From Cenarchaeum sp. (GTDB lineage Archaea; Thermoproteota; Nitrososphaeria; Nitrososphaerales; Nitrosopumilaceae): 64,000 nucleotides of DNA. The stretch lies in contig CBDESU010000002.1 of NCBI GenBank assembly GCA_965242695.1, positions 128,001 to 192,000 of the forward strand. Reading direction: 5' to 3'. Below, piece after piece: positions 59,863-64,000 of this stretch; the first letter of the stretch is position 1; each line of letters begins with the position of its first letter. Both the position numbers and the translations under genes were made by a program. The notes under the pieces were generated by a model. It made no database searches. It was not told the DNA's origin and saw nothing but the letters and a program-made list of their open reading frames with translations.

Positions 59863-60966
59863 GTGGAAAAGGTCGCAATCCTGGCCATCACCAGGGGAGG
59901 GCTCGGCACGGCCCGCCGCCTGCTCGCCGCGTTCCCGGCGTGGACGGCGCACGCGCCGGCAAAGCTCTCCGACGGCGGGGCCGACATTGAGTGGTTCGGC
60001 GAGCCCACGTCGGCCAGACTCGGCTCCCTGTTCAGGGGCAGCGATGCGCTCGTCTGCCTGTTCTCGCTCGGCGCCGTCATCCGCCTTGCCGCCCCGCACA
60101 TGCGCGACAAGAAGACGGACCCCGCCGTCGTCGTAGTCGACGAGGCGGCCCGCTACGCGATCAGCGCCCTGTCGGGGCACCTGGGCGGGGCCAACGAGCT
60201 GGCATCGGGCATCGCCGGCGCCATAGGCGCCGAGCCGGTCATTACGACGGCAGCCGACGTCAAGAACACCATACCCGTCGACATGGTCGGGCGGCGGTTC
60301 GGGTGGTCCATAGAGGACGACTCGGACGTGACCCGGGCGAGCGCCTGCATGGTCAACGGCGAAAGGGTGGGGCTGTACCAGGACGCGGGCCGGACGGACT
60401 GGTGGGAGGGCCGCGCAGGGCCCCTGCCGGCCAACGTCGCAACGTACGAGTCCCTTGCCGATCTCGATGCGTCCGGCCCTGCCGCCGTCCTTGCCATAAC
60501 CGACCGCATCGTCGGCATCGGCCCGTCCGGCGGCGACGCGGCCAGGCCGGCCGTCGTCGTGTACCGGCCCGGGACGCTGGCAGTCGGCGTCGGGCTGCAC
60601 CGCGGCACCACGTCGAGCACCGTACTCGGCGGCATCCGCGACTGCCTCGCGTCCCACGCGCTCAGCCTGCGGTCCGTAGCCTGCCTGGCCTCAATGAGGA
60701 GGGACGTCCGGCCGGCCGGCCTAGAGGAGGCGGCGGCCGAGCTGGCCGTGCCCGTCGCATACGTCGAGCCCGGCGAGCTCGCCGGCGTCAAGGTGCCGAA
60801 CCCGTCCGAGACGGTGCGCGCGTTCGAGGGGACGCCGAGCGTCTCCGAGGCGGCGGCCCTGACGGCGGCATCGGGGCTGGAGGGGGCCGCCGGCGCGCGC
60901 CTTGCCGTTGAAAAGCAGAAATACCCGCCCGACCTGACCGTGGCCGTAGCGAGGTCCTACTGGTGA
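59863..60966 (+). CDS. cbiG: Cobalt-precorrin-5A hydrolase
   Basis: DKKTDPAVVVVDE, LSGHLGGANELA, VITTAAD, VGVG, SVSEAAAL; GTG start inferred. Confidence 0.92.
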   Translation: MEKVAILAITRGGLGTARRLLAAFPAWTAHAPAKLSDGGADIEWFGEPTSARLGSLFRGSDALVCLFSLGAVIRLAAPHMRDKKTDPAVVVVDEAARYAISALSGHLGGANELASGIAGAIGAEPVITTAADVKNTIPVDMVGRRFGWSIEDDSDVTRASACMVNGERVGLYQDAGRTDWWEGRAGPLPANVATYESLADLDASGPAAVLAITDRIVGIGPSGGDAARPAVVVYRPGTLAVGVGLHRGTTSSTVLGGIRDCLASHALSLRSVACLASMRRDVRPAGLEEAAAELAVPVAYVEPGELAGVKVPNPSETVRAFEGTPSVSEAAALTAASGLEGAAGARLAVEKQKYPPDLTVAVARSYW

Positions 60967-61736
60967 GTACAAAGCGCAGCCTGCTGGTGATCGACAGGGG
61001 CTCGAGGGAGCCCGAGGCGCGCGGCGAGCTGGACGCGATCTGCGCCGGCGCGATGCGCAGGGGCGGCTACGACCACGCCTCGTACTGCTTTTTGGAGGTC
61101 GAGCCGCCGTACATCGAGGAGGGCATCGACGGGGCCCTGGCCGGCTCGCCCGGCACGCTCACCATCGTCCCGTACTTTCTGTACCCCGGCCGCAAGTCAA
61201 AGGCGGCCGTGACCGACGCGATGAGGAGGCAGGCGGCATCGCCCGGCACTAGGTTCGTCGTGTCGCGGGCCATGAGCATGCACCCGACGATGGTCGATAT
61301 CGTGCGCAGCCGCGTCTCGGCCGCGCTTGAGGAGGGCGGCGAGGGCGGGACGCCGGCCGGCGAGGTGGACGTGCTCGTCGTGTGCCACGGCAGCAAGGAT
61401 CCCAACGCAAAGCGATCCGTGCGGTACGTCGTCGACGCGCTCGCCCCCGACTACCGCAGCGTGGACCACTGCTTTCTGGAGATCGAAAAGCCGGACATAC
61501 GCGACGGCATACGGGCCGCCGAGCGGCGCCGGCCGCGCGTGCTCGTCGTCGTGTTCTACTTTCTGCACGAGGGGGCGCACGTAAAGCGCGACATCTACGA
61601 GGACCTCAACCCCGCCCTCAAGGAGGCCGCGGGGCTCGGCAGGGTCCTCGTCACGAGGCACATCGGGACGGACGAGCGCATGATCGACCTGATCGTGAGC
61701 AGGGCAAGGGAGGCCGAGGCGGCTGCCGCCGCCTGA
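60963..61736 (+). CDS. cbiX: Sirohydrochlorin cobaltochelatase (two-domain CbiX)
   Basis: RGSR/HGSK, CFLE..P twice, PYFLYPG, GAHVKRDI. Confidence 0.9.
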   Translation: MSTKRSLLVIDRGSREPEARGELDAICAGAMRRGGYDHASYCFLEVEPPYIEEGIDGALAGSPGTLTIVPYFLYPGRKSKAAVTDAMRRQAASPGTRFVVSRAMSMHPTMVDIVRSRVSAALEEGGEGGTPAGEVDVLVVCHGSKDPNAKRSVRYVVDALAPDYRSVDHCFLEIEKPDIRDGIRAAERRRPRVLVVVFYFLHEGAHVKRDIYEDLNPALKEAAGLGRVLVTRHIGTDERMIDLIVSRAREAEAAAAA

Positions 61737-61779
61737 CGGCGCCGGGCCGGGCGCCGGCCTGGGGCCGAGCCGGGCCGGC

Positions 61780-62385
61780 ATGTCCATAGAGGAGGCCAGC
61801 ATGGCCGTCATCGAAAGGGAGATCGGCGAGCACCCGTACAAGGGCGGCGAGTGGCATATAGTGCGCCGCATAATACACTCGACGGCCGACTTTGACTTTG
61901 CCGGCTCCAACGCGGTGCGGTTCAGCGCGGGGGCAGTCGAGTCGGGCCTGCGCGCGCTGCGCGGGGGCAGGCCCATCGTGGCCGACGTCAGCGGCGTGGC
62001 CGGCCTGATCAGCCGGCAGGGCCCCGCAAGGCACGGCAATGCCGTCGTCTGCCGCATATCCGATGGGGCCGTCGCCGAGAGGGCCGAGAGGGACGGGACG
62101 ACGCGGGCGCGGGCGGCCATGAGGGAGTCGGCCGCGGACATCGACGGCGGCATCGTCGTCGTCGGCAACGCGCCGACGGCCCTGCTCGAGGTCCTCGCCA
62201 TGTCAAGGGAGGGCGCGGCGCGGCCGGCCCTCGTCGTCGGCCTCCCGGTCGGGTTCATCTCGGCGGCCGAGTCCAAGGAGGAACTCGCAGGGCGGGCAGA
62301 CCTAGAGTTCATCACGAACGGGGGCAGGAAGGGCGGCAGCGCGGCCGCCGCGGCAGTAGTCAACGCGCTGTTCAGGATGCTGTAG
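61780..62385 (+). CDS. cbiC: Precorrin-8X methylmutase
   Basis: IVRRIIHSTADF, IVVVGNAPTAL, GLPVGF, GRKGGS. Confidence 0.95.
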   Translation: MSIEEASMAVIEREIGEHPYKGGEWHIVRRIIHSTADFDFAGSNAVRFSAGAVESGLRALRGGRPIVADVSGVAGLISRQGPARHGNAVVCRISDGAVAERAERDGTTRARAAMRESAADIDGGIVVVGNAPTALLEVLAMSREGAARPALVVGLPVGFISAAESKEELAGRADLEFITNGGRKGGSAAAAAVVNALFRML

Positions 62386-62619
62386 GGCGGGCGCTAGAAG
62401 GGGGAGGGGCACGACTCGTAGCGCTGTACGCAGGAGGATGTGCAGGCGCCGCCACGCCTGGCTAGCGCCGCCGCTAGAGCCGGCCGGTTCGCCGTGTCCC
62501 CATTCCAATCGCGCACGCATCACCCCCAAAGCGTGCGCAGGCTCTCGGCTGACGACGGATGCGCCAAGTACGCAGCTGCGCCACGCCGTTATTATGGGAC
62601 GGCTTTTGGCCGCCCGCGC

Positions 62620-63432
62620 ATGAGGCTCTGCGCAGTAATGGACTACGGCCCGATTGTCCCCGACATGGAGGTGACGTCATGCCCAAGGCGCATGGCCGCC
62701 AACGACGGGCGCGACTATGTAGTAAAAATGTACGGCGACGACAGCCTCAAGTCGCGCTTCAACGAGTATGTTGCGACAAGGATTGCGCAGGAGGCGGGGT
62801 TGTCCGTGGCCGAGCCCGCCGTAGTCTATATTGACGCTGAATTCATAGGGCGGACATTGGGCCTCCAGAAAACTAAGACGCGGCCAGGCCCACACTTTGC
62901 AACACTGTTCTACGACAAGGCGTACGACATGCGCGGCAGGGTGCATCCCAGACCTAGACAACCACAGATCGCAAACCTAGAGGAAGTCCCAGCCTTTGTG
63001 GCATTTGACGTCTTTGCGCACAGCACTGACCGCAACGACGGCAACACCCTCTTGGTTCCGTCAAACGGCGGGCGCGCCGGCTACCGCTACCTGCTCATAG
63101 ACCACGGGCACTGCTTTGGCGGGCCGGGATGGGACTCGGACACCGCGGCCAGCCTTCCGTACAAGACTGCAGACATGCCGTGGCAAACAGACGCAATATC
63201 CGGCGAATCCTCATTTCGCGGCCCTGTCGACAAGATGACGCAGACTAGTCGGGCAGACATGGACAGGGCCAAGGACAGAATGCCCAGCGAGTGGGGCATA
63301 CCCGACGACGAGTATGACATCCTAAAAACCGCAATGTCGTCAAGAGATCCGAAGAAAATAATGGACGCCACAAGGTCCGACAAGAGGCACTTTCCAGGGT
63401 GGGCGAGCGGCCTAGACAGGTGGAGTTCCTAA
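62620..63432 (+). CDS. HipA-like (PI3/4-kinase superfamily) kinase
   Basis: YVVK, NEYVATRIA..GL, FDVFAHSTDRNDGN, LIDHGHCF; start uncertain (62620 or 62638). Confidence 0.82.
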   Translation: MRLCAVMDYGPIVPDMEVTSCPRRMAANDGRDYVVKMYGDDSLKSRFNEYVATRIAQEAGLSVAEPAVVYIDAEFIGRTLGLQKTKTRPGPHFATLFYDKAYDMRGRVHPRPRQPQIANLEEVPAFVAFDVFAHSTDRNDGNTLLVPSNGGRAGYRYLLIDHGHCFGGPGWDSDTAASLPYKTADMPWQTDAISGESSFRGPVDKMTQTSRADMDRAKDRMPSEWGIPDDEYDILKTAMSSRDPKKIMDATRSDKRHFPGWASGLDRWSS

Positions 63433-64000
63433 TGGGCGCGTACAGCTACTCCGTCTCTAGGTTCGTGCCGGACCCGATAAAAAACGAGCCTGTCAACATC
63501 GGGGTGATAGTTGTCGATCCGGAGACGGGCAAGGCGGCTCACAGATTTCTGCATAGCCTGCGCAGCCTAAGCCCGCGATGCCCCGGGGCGGATCTAAAAT
63601 CCCTCGAGGGGATCGTAAATTCCATCCAAGTCACAGATATGCCAGGCGGCGTCGACGACCTCGAGGATCTTGCGCAGGGGTACACCAACCTTTTGCAATT
63701 CACACCGCCGCGCGCGGTGGTCGCTTCGTCCCTAGAAGACTCGCTACAGCGCGCGTTCGAAACATACATAGGCAGGGACGTGGTGCGGGCCGGATCAGGC
63801 CGCGTAAAAAGCCCAAAGGAAATCCTGCTCATGGAAATCGACGCTGCGCTGTCAAACGACGGTAATTTTATGGGAGGAGTGGTGGCGAAGCGGCATGCGT
63901 TTGCCGGTCGGCGTGGCCGCTTTGTCCCGGATCGCAGCGTCTCCTCCCGCGACTGGATATTTGCGCTACATGCGATTTCGTTTAACGTGAAGGCAGGGGC
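63432..64000 (+). CDS. DUF3037-domain protein, 3'-truncated by window edge
   Basis: Own translation: MGAYSYSVSRFVPDPIKNEPVNIGVIVV...NLLQFTPPR; ATG overlaps the kinase stop (TAATG). Confidence 0.82.
   Translation, partial: MGAYSYSVSRFVPDPIKNEPVNIGVIVVDPETGKAAHRFLHSLRSLSPRCPGADLKSLEGIVNSIQVTDMPGGVDDLEDLAQGYTNLLQFTPPRAVVASSLEDSLQRAFETYIGRDVVRAGSGRVKSPKEILLMEIDAALSNDGNFMGGVVAKRHAFAGRRGRFVPDRSVSSRDWIFALHAISFNVKAG

Overview
High-GC archaeal chromosomal segment whose gene content points to Nitrososphaerota (Thaumarchaeota), probably a Nitrosopumilaceae/Cenarchaeum-like lineage. The evidence is a CFI-box-CTERM surface protein, tetraether synthase Tes, GatDE, pelota, CDC48, an archaeal SRP RNA, a bacterial-type MetK and cbi genes. 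About 1-48.7 kb is mostly core genes (ctaB, ubiD, tes, pelA, rpl2, cdc48, gatDE, dnaJ/dnaK/grpE, RPA, Lhr, Lsm, metK). It also holds tRNA-Leu(CAG), tRNA-Gln(TTG), SRP RNA and an intergenic box C/D sRNA whose D guide predicts Cm34 of tRNA-Leu(CAA). Tandem repeats are unusually frequent, both inside proteins and between genes. An accessory island at about 48.8-58.3 kb carries a Zn-ribbon/AbiV-like gene convergent with a solitary HK97-like major capsid gene, a frameshifted IS66, and a YwgA-like gene plus a SAMHD1/YwfO-like HD dNTPase (one frameshift) separated by an IS630. After cbiD-G-X-C the window ends in a HipA-like kinase/DUF3037 pair. The orphan capsid inside a defence-like island is the best candidate for an undescribed system. 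All assignments come from motif recognition by eye; no database searches were run.
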